Source: Actinomycetota bacterium
GTDB lineage: Bacteria; Actinomycetota; CADDZG01; JAHWKV01
Assembly (NCBI GenBank): GCA_040905365.1
Contig: JBBDRQ010000083.1
Span: 1,172 to 65,171 of the forward strand
Direction: 5' to 3'
Length of the DNA: 64,000 bases
Shown here piece after piece: positions 55,274-64,000 of the stretch (its first letter is position 1; every line of letters starts with the position of its first letter). The notes under the pieces are model-generated. The model saw only the letters and a list, made by a program, of their open reading frames with translations, had not been told where the DNA came from and made no database searches. Made by a program: the position numbers and the translations under genes.

Positions 55274-56599
55274 TTGGACTACACACCACACACGGAAGCC
55301 GACGTGGCGCAGATGCTCGAGGTCATCGGCGTCGACCGCGTCGAGGATCTATTCGAGCCGATTCCCGAAGACCTAAGACTCAACCGGAAGCTGGAGCTGC
55401 CGGAGCCGCTGAGCGAAAGCGAGGTGCACGGCCTGCTGAGTTCGGTCGCGGCGGACAATCTCGCCGCGGACTCGCTCGTGTGTTTCGCCGGCGGGGGGGC
55501 GTACGATCACTACATCCCCGCCTGCGTGAGGGCGTGCGCCGGCCGCAGCGAATTCATGACCTCGTACACCCCGTACCAGCCGGAGCTCTCTCAGGGAGTG
55601 CTGGGGGCCTTGTTCGACTACCAGAGCATGATTTGCGAGCTGACCGGGATGGAGATGGCCGTTTCCGGCCTGTACGACGGCGCGGCCGCGCTGAACGAGG
55701 CCCTGCGCCTGGCGGCCTCGGTAACCAAGCGCGGCAAGGTGGTAGTCAGCGAAGCGATCAACCCCAACTACCGGCACCTGCTGGATACCCTGGGGGCCAG
55801 CCTGGACTTCGAGTTCGTAACCGCGCCGGCAACCGACGGGGTCACTACGTTCGGCGACGCCGCCGGCGCAGCGTGCGTCGTAGTCTCTCAAACGAACTTT
55901 TTCGGGTGCCTCGAGGACGTCGAGGCCGCCGCGGAGGTAGCGCACGCGGCCGGGGCTCTGCTGGTCGTCCAGTTCGATCCGCTGGCTATGGGGCTGTTGG
56001 AGTCACCCGGCACCCTCGGCGCCGACGTGGTGGTGGGCGAGGGCCAGTGCTTGGGCAACGACCTCAATTACGGCGGCCCTTACCTGGGCATTTTTGCGAC
56101 GCATCTCAAGCATCAACGCCGTATCCCCGGGCGCATTTCGGGGGCAACGGCCGACGTGGACGGCAAGCCGGGTTTCGTGCTTACCCTTCAAACCCGCGAG
56201 CAGCACATCCGGCGCGAGAGGGCCACCTCCAACGTGTGCACCGACCAGACGTTGATGGCGGTGACTGCCGCTGTCTACATGGGCTGGCTAGGGCCACAGG
56301 GCCTCGAGGAGTTGGGCCGTAGCTGTGTAGGGATGACCCACTACACCGCGGATGTGCTTTCGCAGTTACCCGGATGCAGAGTGAGGTTCGACAAACCCTT
56401 CTTCCGTGAGTTCGTCCTGGAGCTTCCGGCCGCCGCCGCCGGCGTTGTGGGCCACCTCGCCGAAGAAGGATTTCTGGTGGGGCCCAGCCTCGAGGCTTTC
56501 GAGGCAATGGACAACTGCGCGCTGGTAGCGGTGACCGAAAGGCGCACGGTTGACGAGATCGACCGGTTAGCGCAAGCGCTTAGGACGGTGCTCGCATGA
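55274..56599 (+). CDS. gcvPA: glycine dehydrogenase (decarboxylating) subunit 1
   Basis: N-terminal half of the P-protein ('MDYTPHTEADVAQMLEVIGV', 'FMTSYTPYQPELSQG'). A separate ORF of about 440 aa. Confidence 0.9.
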   Translation: MDYTPHTEADVAQMLEVIGVDRVEDLFEPIPEDLRLNRKLELPEPLSESEVHGLLSSVAADNLAADSLVCFAGGGAYDHYIPACVRACAGRSEFMTSYTPYQPELSQGVLGALFDYQSMICELTGMEMAVSGLYDGAAALNEALRLAASVTKRGKVVVSEAINPNYRHLLDTLGASLDFEFVTAPATDGVTTFGDAAGAACVVVSQTNFFGCLEDVEAAAEVAHAAGALLVVQFDPLAMGLLESPGTLGADVVVGEGQCLGNDLNYGGPYLGIFATHLKHQRRIPGRISGATADVDGKPGFVLTLQTREQHIRRERATSNVCTDQTLMAVTAAVYMGWLGPQGLEELGRSCVGMTHYTADVLSQLPGCRVRFDKPFFREFVLELPAAAAGVVGHLAEEGFLVGPSLEAFEAMDNCALVAVTERRTVDEIDRLAQALRTVLA

Positions 56600-58074
56600 G
56601 CGACTACCCGGAGGTTTACCCCCCCTGCCTGTACGACCGGTCGGTCACAGGCCGGCGCGCCTCGACCATCCCGGCGCTCGCACCCGGCCTGCCTGCCGCC
56701 GAGGATGTGCTCCCGGCCGGGACCCTTAGAAGCCGGCCGGCGCATCTGCCCGAGGTCTCGGAGCTGGATCTGGTCCGGCACTTCACCAACCTGTCCCGCA
56801 AGAACTGGTCGATTGACGTCGGAGCGTATCCGCTGGGCAGCTGCACCATGAAGTACAACCCCAAGATTCACGAGCAGGCTGCGGCTATGCCGGGCTTCAG
56901 CAGGCTCCACCCATGGCAGCCGGCCGAGCACGCCCAAGGGGCGTTGCGGATCCTGTGGGAGATGGAGAGGGCCTTGCTGGAGATGACCGGCATGACGCGG
57001 GCCACCTTTCAACCGGCGGCCGGCGCCGCAGGTGAGCTGACCGGACTGCTGATCATGCGGGCTTACCACCAGGCGCAAGGCAACGACAAGAAGGTCGTGC
57101 TGATTCCGGACTCCGCTCACGGCACCAACCCGGCCACCGTCACACTGGCCGGTTACAAGGCCAAGCAGATCCCTTCCGACTCGCGGGGCCTGGTCGACCT
57201 GGAAGCGGTGCGCAAGTCGCTCGACGGCAGCGTTGCAGGCCTCATGCTCACCAACCCCAACACGCTGGGCTTCTTTGAGAGTGAGATCAAGGAGATCGCG
57301 GCGGCGCTGCACTCCGAAGGTGCCGTCCTTTACTACGACGGAGCCAACCTGAATGCAATTTTGGGCCAGGTCAGGCCGGGCGACATGGGCTTCGACATAG
57401 TCCACATCAACCTGCACAAGACCTTTACCACCCCCCACGGCGGGGGCGGGCCCGGTTCCGGACCGGTGGCGGTAAACGAACGGCTGGAACCGTTTTTGCC
57501 GGCGCCTCTTCCCGGTTACGACCCAACGACCGGCAAGTATTTTTGGGACGACAACCGGCCGCAGTCCATCGGCCGGGTGCACGGCTTCTACGGCAATTTC
57601 GCGATGGTGGTGCGGGCGTACACCTACGTGGTGTCGCTGGGCGCGCAGGGCCTGCACAACCTCTCCGAGCGAGCGGTGTTGAACGCCAACTACCTGCGCA
57701 AGCGGATTCAGGATGAGTATCCGACGGCCTATCCGGGGCTGTGTATGCACGAGTTCGTTGTGACCGCCAAGAAGTTCAAGACCGAGCACGGGATCCGGGC
57801 CATGGATATCGCCAAGCGTCTGATCGATCTCAACTTCCACCCGCCGACCGTGTACTTCCCGCTGGTGGTGCCGGAGGCCATGATGGTGGAACCCACCGAG
57901 ACCGAGTCCAAGCAAACCTTGGACGACCTGGCGGACGCGTTCCTGCAGATCGCCGAGGAGGCGGTCGCCAACCCACAGCTCCTGCACGAGGCGCCAGTCA
58001 CCACCCCGGTGCGGCGCCTGGATGAAGCGCGGGCGGTCCGCAAGCTAAAGACCCGCTGGACCCCGCCCTCGTAA
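56596..58074 (+). CDS. gcvPB: glycine dehydrogenase (decarboxylating) subunit 2
   Basis: C-terminal half of the P-protein with the PLP-Lys region 'HINLHKTFTTPHGGGGPGSGPVAV'. 4-nt overlap with gcvPA. Confidence 0.9.
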   Translation: MSDYPEVYPPCLYDRSVTGRRASTIPALAPGLPAAEDVLPAGTLRSRPAHLPEVSELDLVRHFTNLSRKNWSIDVGAYPLGSCTMKYNPKIHEQAAAMPGFSRLHPWQPAEHAQGALRILWEMERALLEMTGMTRATFQPAAGAAGELTGLLIMRAYHQAQGNDKKVVLIPDSAHGTNPATVTLAGYKAKQIPSDSRGLVDLEAVRKSLDGSVAGLMLTNPNTLGFFESEIKEIAAALHSEGAVLYYDGANLNAILGQVRPGDMGFDIVHINLHKTFTTPHGGGGPGSGPVAVNERLEPFLPAPLPGYDPTTGKYFWDDNRPQSIGRVHGFYGNFAMVVRAYTYVVSLGAQGLHNLSERAVLNANYLRKRIQDEYPTAYPGLCMHEFVVTAKKFKTEHGIRAMDIAKRLIDLNFHPPTVYFPLVVPEAMMVEPTETESKQTLDDLADAFLQIAEEAVANPQLLHEAPVTTPVRRLDEARAVRKLKTRWTPPS

Positions 58075-58108
58075 GAAACTAACCGGCACTAAGGCCGCTC
58101 GAGGTCGT

Positions 58109-58573
58109 ATGCTAGCTTTTATGTCGAGCAACAAACGCGCAGCAGCCCAGCCGCCGTCGGGTAACCGGCTGGGCACGGTGCTCAAGGTGGTAGCGGCCCT
58201 ACACGCGGCACTGGTTCTGCTGCAGGCGGTTTTCGCCGGCAATTTCATGGCCGGCGACGACGCCGCGATGCGGATTCATCAGGTGCTCGGCACGCAGGTC
58301 CTTTACCCGATAGCCATCGGCCAAGCGATCCTGGGCACGGTGCTGTGGCGCCGCAAGGAGCTGTCGCTGGCCTACCCGTTGCTGGCCGCCGCGGTGGTCC
58401 TTGCCGAAGGCGCGCAGATAGGTCTGGGCTTCACCGGCCGGACCGCGCTCCACGTTCCGCTGGGCGTGGCCCTGTTCGGCGCAACCACCGCACTGCTTTT
58501 AATGAGCCACAAGCCGCTGGAGCGTCCGGTTAAAGAGGGCGCGGAGGATCCTCTAGTCGAACCCTCCGGTTAG
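58109..58573 (+). CDS. hypothetical membrane protein (4 TM)
   Basis: Four hydrophobic helices (VLKVVAALHAALVLLQAVFAG...). No motif recognised. Confidence 0.5.
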   Translation: MLAFMSSNKRAAAQPPSGNRLGTVLKVVAALHAALVLLQAVFAGNFMAGDDAAMRIHQVLGTQVLYPIAIGQAILGTVLWRRKELSLAYPLLAAAVVLAEGAQIGLGFTGRTALHVPLGVALFGATTALLLMSHKPLERPVKEGAEDPLVEPSG

Positions 58574-58615
58574 CGCCCCGCTTTCCCGGGGGGATCCGGG
58601 GGCGAATCCCCTGGA

Positions 58616-59059
58616 CTAGGAGTCGTCCCAATCGATGTCGTTGGCGGCGAGGATCTCGGCTATTCCGGCCGGCATCTTGGCTTCCAGCGCCGGGATCGAG
58701 TCACCGAGGAACCACTTGCTGGTCAACTCAATGGGTTCTTCTATCTCCCCGCTGAAGTAGTGCAGGGCGCCGTTGGTGAGCATTACCACGTAGAAGACTT
58801 CGTCGCCGTGGCCTTCGACCTTTCCGGACGAGATGATCCACCCGGCGCGCAAAACCCCTTTGCACTGAACGGTCCCGGGGTTTCCTGCGTCGCCCATGAG
58901 CCGCCGGAACTTTCTGAATAACTTTCTTAGCTGATCCGGGTCCGGAGGTGGATCCAACTCGGGGTCGTGGGTGAAGGCCGATCCCGGCAGATCTTCGTCG
59001 TTGAGCAATTTGCGGGCAGTCGCTACCCGTTGAGGCATCGCTTTCTGTATGTCGGTCAT
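58616..59059 (-). CDS. hypothetical protein (147 aa)
   Basis: The internal ATG (MTDIQKAMPQRVATARKLL...) is preferred. The longer track ORF N-terminus is R/L-rich junk. No family assigned. Sits in an AT-rich pocket. Confidence 0.45.
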   Translation of the reverse strand: MTDIQKAMPQRVATARKLLNDEDLPGSAFTHDPELDPPPDPDQLRKLFRKFRRLMGDAGNPGTVQCKGVLRAGWIISSGKVEGHGDEVFYVVMLTNGALHYFSGEIEEPIELTSKWFLGDSIPALEAKMPAGIAEILAANDIDWDDS

Positions 59060-59109
59060 GGGCAGAGCATATCTATGCACGAAATTAATGGTTAATGTCT
59101 GGCGTAGTA

Positions 59110-59150
59110 CTGAATGACAATTACGGCTAGACAGTGCTAGACAATTGACT
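59110..59150. promoter_or_regulatory. divergent-promoter region with overlapping direct repeats (GACAATT x2, GCTAGACA x2)
   Basis: 'aatGACAATTacggCTAGACAgtgCTAGACAATTGACtgg' lies in the about 115-nt AT-rich gap between two divergent hypothetical genes. Confidence 0.35.
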
Positions 59151-59176
59151 GGTAATCCGGGTAAGGTGAGCCACCA

Positions 59177-59893
59177 ATGAGCGATGTGTTCCGGCTGCAG
59201 CCGGCGGGTGCGGAGCCGGAGAAGCCCCCACGGGGGCGCTCTACGATCTCCTTTCCGTACTACGATCTGAGGCAGTCGGAGAAGCTTGCCGGACAGGTCC
59301 GGTCGAACGCAGGCAAGTGCAAGCCCGAGCAGCTGGCCGCGTGGCTGGGTCACCGCACTCTCAACAGCGGGGCTTTCCGTAACCGGGTGTCGTCAGCTTC
59401 TCTATTCGCCCTGGTGATCAGCTCGCGCAACTTGATAACGCTTACTGAGCTGGGGCGGCGCATCGTGGAACCGGGGCAAACAAGGCAAGCCCGCGTCGAA
59501 GCGTTCTTGTCGGTGCCGCTGTACAGGCGGATCTTCGAGGACTACAAAGGCCGCCGGCTTCCGCCGTCGATACTCCTGCAGCAGCAGATGGTGCAGCTGG
59601 GGGTAACCCCCAGCCAGGTGCAGGCGGCCCGCCAGGTCTTTATGCGCTCCGCGGAGCAGGCCGGGTTTCTCGAGGTCAGCGAGGACCGACTGGTCGAACC
59701 TAGGCAGCCGGATTTCGGCGACCCTGCTCCCGCTCAAAAGGTGAGCGAGCCCCAGCCGGCTCGCTATCCGGCTTTGATCGAGGCTGTTCTACAGCAGGCG
59801 CCATGGGACCGGGAGTGGACCGAGGTTGAGTTCAAGGACTGGTCGGACCTATTGATCAGGGCCGCCAGGCTGCATTTTCGTCTCCAGTATTAG
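59177..59893 (+). CDS. hypothetical protein (238 aa)
   Basis: No recognisable motif. 'ISFPYYDLRQSEKLAGQVRSNAGKCKPEQLAAWLGH' could be a wHTH-like region. Transcribed divergently from the 147-aa gene. Confidence 0.45.
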   Translation: MSDVFRLQPAGAEPEKPPRGRSTISFPYYDLRQSEKLAGQVRSNAGKCKPEQLAAWLGHRTLNSGAFRNRVSSASLFALVISSRNLITLTELGRRIVEPGQTRQARVEAFLSVPLYRRIFEDYKGRRLPPSILLQQQMVQLGVTPSQVQAARQVFMRSAEQAGFLEVSEDRLVEPRQPDFGDPAPAQKVSEPQPARYPALIEAVLQQAPWDREWTEVEFKDWSDLLIRAARLHFRLQY

Positions 59894-60771
59894 GCATCCT
59901 TGCTGCCCAGCAGCGTGGCTCTGGCGTGGCGCACCAGTTGGTCGCTCGTGGACCCGACCGCTACGCGCGCGAACGCCCCGAGGCCCCGGCTGCCGGCGAC
60001 GACGAGGTCGGCTTCCTCGGAATCGGCCGCATGCAACAGCTCGGTCCCGGCGGTCCCGACCAGGACCCGGCCGGTTGCCTCGAATCCGGCGGCCCGGAGC
60101 TGCTCTATAGCCTTGTCGACGTCGGCCTGCGCCAGGGCCTCCAGGTCCAGCATCTGATCTTCGGTCAGCGGTCGGGTGAAGTACGAGCCCCCGATCTCCA
60201 GCACCGGAGTACCGGCTGGCTGCACGACCGATATCGCCAGTACCGAGCACTTGTCCGGGTCGGCCAGAGCGCAGAACGTATCTATAGCGGAAGTGGAGTA
60301 GTCGGAACCGTCCGTGGCCACGATCACCGAGAGCGTGTCCTTCATGACCGGGTCTTCGTGTACCACCAGAACCGGCGTCTGGGTAGCATGCACAACCGCG
60401 GTTGAGGTGCTGCCCAGCAGGAACCTGCCCAGCCAGTTCTGGTTACCCGCTCCCAGCACGCAAAGATCGAATTGGCCTTCGTCGGTGATGCGAACGATCT
60501 CCTGGGCCGGCGTCCCGGCGCTCAAGCTGATCTCCACCGAGAAGCCGTGGCCCCGGAAGTACTCGGCCGTTTCCGCAAGCAGTTCCTCCGCGGCCGCGGT
60601 TCCGGTCGGGTTGTCCTCACCGGGACGGAACGAGCCGTCGGGAAGCAGATACTCTTCGGTGTTGACGCAGAGCACCGTAATCTCAATGTTTTGCGTACGG
60701 GCAAGGGCCTTCAGGAGCTCGCCGGCCTTGCGGGCGGGCAGCTGTCCGTTGGTGGTGTAGAGCACTTTCAT
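59890..60771 (-). CDS. universal stress protein, tandem UspA domains
   Basis: RBS 'aaggag' precedes ATG (MKVLYTTNGQ...). Two Usp domains. The second carries 'VVAGSRGLGAFARVAVGSTSDQLVRHARATLL' (G-x2-G-x9-G(S/T) ATP motif). The track ORF extension to 61074 is not coding. Confidence 0.8.
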   Translation of the reverse strand: MKVLYTTNGQLPARKAGELLKALARTQNIEITVLCVNTEEYLLPDGSFRPGEDNPTGTAAAEELLAETAEYFRGHGFSVEISLSAGTPAQEIVRITDEGQFDLCVLGAGNQNWLGRFLLGSTSTAVVHATQTPVLVVHEDPVMKDTLSVIVATDGSDYSTSAIDTFCALADPDKCSVLAISVVQPAGTPVLEIGGSYFTRPLTEDQMLDLEALAQADVDKAIEQLRAAGFEATGRVLVGTAGTELLHAADSEEADLVVAGSRGLGAFARVAVGSTSDQLVRHARATLLGSKDA

Positions 60772-60839
60772 GTGAGATCTCCTTGGCGGTTGCTTGGTAT
60801 GCCGCATGCCGGGCGCACCTTCTGTCACCCTAGTTTTGG

Positions 60840-61895
60840 TTACGCGCGTGTAGTTTTCAGGTACCGGCGCACCTCGGTAGCTTGGACCGCGTCGGCCAGC
60901 TCCGCGCCGGTCATCCTCAGATAGATCTGCGTGGTGTTCAAGCTGGCGTGGCCCAGCAACGCCTGCACGGACGATAGAGCCACACCGTTGGCGACCAGGC
61001 CTTTGGCGTAGGTGTGGCGGAAGGCGTGAGCCGCCTCTCCTTCCGGCTTGTGGACGCCGGCACGCAGCAGCCACTTGTAGACATGGTAGTTGAGAGCCTC
61101 CCGGGAGAACTGCTTGCCGTTGTATCTAACCAACAGCGGATCGTTCGCCGACGGCGGCCCGAAGCGTTCCTCCCGCTCGGCTAGATAGGCATCGATGGCG
61201 TCCACGATCTCAGTGGGCACGGGCAGTCGCCGCTGCTTGTTGCCTTTGCCGGTCACCTTCAACAGCGGGGGATCCTCCCGGATAAGATCGGCAACCTTGA
61301 GATTGACGCACTCGGAGGCGCGCAGCCCGGCGCCGGCCAGCACGGCTACCAGGGCCAGGTCCCGGGCCGGCCACGGATAGCGTGCGGTCGGGTCCACCGT
61401 GCCGACGGTGGCCACGATAGCTTCAAGCTCCGACGGCAAGAATGCGGCGGGCAGGCGACCCGGGATGGAGGGGTTTTCCAGGTGCAAGGTGGGGTCGGTA
61501 TCCAGGTGGCCATTGATCACCAGCCAGCGACAAAAGCCCCGCAGCGCCGCAAGCATGCGCCCGCGGCTGGCCGGTGCATAGTCTTGCCGGGCCAGTGCGG
61601 CCAGCGCCCGCTTGATGTTGGGCAGGTTGAGGTCGGCTATGTCAAGGCGGGACATAGCCAGCTCAAACGGGCTGGGCGGCGCCTCGTCTTCGGGGTCGAC
61701 CGCCACGAAGGGTTTACCTTTGATATCGGCGATCAGCGATGCCCAGTTAGTCAGATCCCGGCGGTACGCGGCCTCGGTCTGACTGGAGATGCCGCGGCCT
61801 ATGGTGCGGCGTTCGTCCAGCCACTCGACGGCGAGTCGCAGCAGCCTACTGGTGGGGGAGGTTCCGGTCGGCAAGGTCTGGCTGGTTGTGGGCAC
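60840..61895 (-). CDS. tyrosine site-specific recombinase, XerD/XerC-like
   Basis: Catalytic region 'HAFRHTYAKGLVANGVALSSVQALLGHASLNTTQIYLRMT' (HxxR...Y) and an N-terminal SAM-like core-binding domain ('AYRRDLTNWASLIA'). It is 351 aa with N-terminal extension and insertions relative to typical XerD. Confidence 0.8.
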   Translation of the reverse strand: MPTTSQTLPTGTSPTSRLLRLAVEWLDERRTIGRGISSQTEAAYRRDLTNWASLIADIKGKPFVAVDPEDEAPPSPFELAMSRLDIADLNLPNIKRALAALARQDYAPASRGRMLAALRGFCRWLVINGHLDTDPTLHLENPSIPGRLPAAFLPSELEAIVATVGTVDPTARYPWPARDLALVAVLAGAGLRASECVNLKVADLIREDPPLLKVTGKGNKQRRLPVPTEIVDAIDAYLAEREERFGPPSANDPLLVRYNGKQFSREALNYHVYKWLLRAGVHKPEGEAAHAFRHTYAKGLVANGVALSSVQALLGHASLNTTQIYLRMTGAELADAVQATEVRRYLKTTRA

Positions 61896-62389
61896 GATGC
61901 AATCATTATTTCCGGTACAGCCCGCTTAGTGCCGGACTTGTCGGTGCGCCGCGCAAATCGACCGGTGCCGTATAGAGATAACCCCAGAACCCGACACGGG
62001 GGACCGAAAAGACCCAAGGGCCGGTCCAGGGCACTAACTTCCATAAGATTCATTATTGCAGTTACGGCCGCGTCCGGACCCCCCTCCCCTGCGGCCTCGC
62101 TCCGAGTACGCCGCAGACTTTCCGTCGATGACCCACCAACAGAGTCATCGACTGCCGCTGCCCGGCCCATATCTGCGTGATTTGAGCCGGTGTTTCCCGC
62201 TTGAGGGGGTTCCACCACTGGTTCACTTCGCATTGCACCTTCCCGTCTTGCTTGCCGGGCCCGGACGATCACGCAGTGCCCGCCCGTCCCGTCGTTTTCG
62301 AGGGCTGCTTCCCACCCTTCCCTGCACCTCCAGGGTTAGGCTGCCCCCAGCTTCAGCGAGTTGCTGCGACAACCCGAAGGTGGGTCCTT

Positions 62390-62926
62390 TCATCCCACCC
62401 GGTCATAAGGCGCCTCGTGGCGCACCACGCCGTCGGCCCACACGTACACGAAGTCCTTCTCCGACAGGTCTCGCTCAGCGAAGGCCCGTTGCTCGGCCTG
62501 CCACTGCGTCGTAAGCCTGGTGATCACCGACGCCGAGAGCCCCGCAGCCGAACCGAAGAACTCCGCCAGCGCCGGCGCGAAGTCCCCGGTGCTCATCCCG
62601 TGCAGGTACATCAACGGCAGCACCTCAGCCACCTTCGGCGACCGCCGGGCCCACGGCGGCAGGATCGAGCTGCGGAACCGGCACCGATCACCGGTCTCGT
62701 CACCCACGCGCTTGTCGTTGACCCTCGGGGCCCGCACCTCGATCCGTCCCGCCGCGGTCGTGATCGTGCGCGGCTCGGCGTGGCCGTTGCGCACCACCAG
62801 CCGCGGACCCCGCTCGTCACGCTCACCAGCCAGACCAGCTAGGTACGCGTCCACCTCGGCCTCGAGCGCTGCGGCCAGCATCCGCTGGGCGCCGTCGAGG
62901 ACGATCTCGTCCAGCGAAGACCGCAT
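62390..62926 (-). mobile_element. IS256-family transposase, N-terminal fragment only (truncated before the DDE domain)
   Basis: 'LAAALEAEVDAYLAG...RLVVRNGHAEPRTITTAAGRIEVRAPRVNDKR...LPLMYLHGMSTGDFAPALAEFFG...ITRLTTQWQAEQRAFAERDLSEKDFVYVWADG' matches the IS256/mutator transposase N-terminal half. The ORF stops where the catalytic domain should begin. Confidence 0.6.
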
Positions 62927-63428
62927 CTCCGCGCGGCCCTCGTCAAAGGTTGGCCGATCCCGTGCCGCTCTGCGCCGGCGTCTCCCACGGAAGTCCTTGT
63001 GCCAGTGGGCCACCGGGTCGGCGCATACGTGCCGCTCGCGATGACCTCGACGCAAGAGCGGCGATCGACCCTCGGCCGAACCGATCAACCGTTCGTGCGA
63101 GCACGGCTCTGCATCGGCGGCCACGCTGGGTAGCCGGGGGCGGGTCTTGACGCTGGGCGCCGCTGGAGCGGCGACGGGGCGTTCTGTTGTGGCCGCGCAA
63201 CTGTGCTCAGGAGCAGAGCCGAAGGTCCCTCTCGACCCACTCCGGCGGGCGTCCCGCGTCGACCCACCGACCGACGAGGACGCCCGGTGCTACCTCCTCG
63301 ACCGAAGCTTCCGCGGCGTACCCGTCGTACGCACCTTCGACGGCCGTCTGGCCTGGGGAGCCGAGCCGCACCAGATCTACGCCACGCCTGCCCCTCCTCG
63401 AAGCGGCGGCCGGACGCCAGTGCTGACG

Positions 63429-63497
63429 ATCGATGTGATTCCGGGCTTGCACTCTCGTTGATCAATGGTAATGTATATGCATGACTATCGATGTGAT
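63429..63497 (+). promoter_or_regulatory. arsR promoter region with direct repeat ATCGATGTGAT x2 (candidate ArsR operator)
   Basis: Identical 11-mers at 63429..63439 and 63487..63497, the second inside the first codons of arsR. 'tatat' -10-like box about 7 nt before the ATG suggests a leaderless transcript. Confidence 0.3.
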
Positions 63498-63807
63498 GGT
63501 GGCTGCGCCACCCACTCCAGTGGTGCTGAAGGCGCTCGCCGAACCGAACCGCTGGCGGATCGTGGAGCTGCTCTCGTGTGAGGAGCTGTGTGTGTGCCAC
63601 CTGGCAGAGGACCTCGACCTGGCCCAGCCCCTGCTGTCCCACCACCTGAAGGTGCTCCGTGACGCCGGGTTGGTCGAGTCCGATAAGCACCGGCAGTGGA
63701 CGTACTACCGGTTGCGCCGGAACGTGCTCAAGTCGCTGGGCGACCGGCTGGGGTCGATCACATCGTGCTGCCCGGCACCGGGTGAGCGTCAGCGGGCTTG
63801 CGATTGA
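63481..63807 (+). CDS. arsR: ArsR/SmtB-family metalloregulator
   Basis: 'LKALAEPNRWRIVELLSCEELCVCHLAEDLDLAQPLLSHHLKVLRDAGLV' is the ArsR wHTH with the CVC metal-binding motif. Confidence 0.85.
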   Translation: MTIDVMVAAPPTPVVLKALAEPNRWRIVELLSCEELCVCHLAEDLDLAQPLLSHHLKVLRDAGLVESDKHRQWTYYRLRRNVLKSLGDRLGSITSCCPAPGERQRACD

Positions 63808-63852
63808 CCGTGCCGTCCTGAACACGAACCACCCTCATCAAGGAGAACGACT

Positions 63853-64000
63853 GTGAAGATCGACGTGTACGACCCTGCGATGTGCTGCTCCACCGGCGTG
63901 TGCGGCCCGAGCGTCGACCCGGCGCTGGCCACGTTCGCCGGCGACCTCGACTGGCTCGGCGAACACGGAGTCGACGTCCGGCGCTACAACCTCGGCCAGG
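63853..64000 (+). CDS. arsD: arsenical resistance operon trans-acting repressor / metallochaperone ArsD (3' partial at window end)
   Basis: RBS 'aggagaa'. 'VKIDVYDPAMCCSTGVCGPSVDPALATFAGDLDWL' is the ArsD N-terminal Cys12-Cys13-Cys18 motif. Confidence 0.75.
   Translation, partial: MKIDVYDPAMCCSTGVCGPSVDPALATFAGDLDWLGEHGVDVRRYNLGQ

Noticed and set aside
61896-62389. Searched for the missing DDE half of the IS256 transposase or a tRNA/att fragment between the recombinase gene and the transposase stump.
   Set aside because: No frame gives transposase-like sequence. Only short hairpin-like inverted repeats (ggtggg...cccacc) are present. Left unassigned.

Overview
High-GC (about 68-70%) actinobacterial-type chromosomal segment. 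Its backbone is conserved housekeeping synteny: tlyA-nadK-steA-mctB-like ... pyrG-NUDIX-ald; ParA-like-trpS-scpA-scpB-rluB-aroH-tyrA-aroA-cmk-der-tRNA-Pro; pgsA-like-VanW; and gcvH-lplA-like-FHA-MerR-dac-hpt-DUF151-MerR-gcvT-gcvPA-gcvPB. Three accessory pockets interrupt this backbone.

(1) 1.4-4.7 kb: a decayed integrated plasmid/ICE remnant. It holds a frameshifted pentapeptide-repeat gene, a MobC-like gene, fragmented relaxase fragments, a Trp/Gly-rich ORF, and a two-unit type-I-E-like CRISPR repeat remnant. Its GC content is lower than the flanks.

(2) 19.0-29.2 kb: a roughly 10-kb envelope-biogenesis locus inserted between the mctB-like gene and pyrG. It carries GT4, a flippase-like UPF0104 protein, a hypothetical protein, MurJ, a divergent PNPT transferase, and two paralogous large exported proteins. 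Each paralog joins a type-I-phosphodiesterase/alkaline-phosphatase-like ectodomain to a C-terminal polytopic membrane domain, which is an uncharacterised architecture. This is the best candidate for an undescribed system in the window.

(3) 58.6-64.0 kb: a divergent pair of hypothetical genes in an AT-rich pocket, a tandem Usp, an XerD-like recombinase, a truncated IS256 transposase, and the start of an arsR-arsD operon.

One tRNA (Pro-GGG) is present. No rRNA was found.

Many long antisense or overlapping ORFs in the six-frame track are GC-codon artefacts and were not called.
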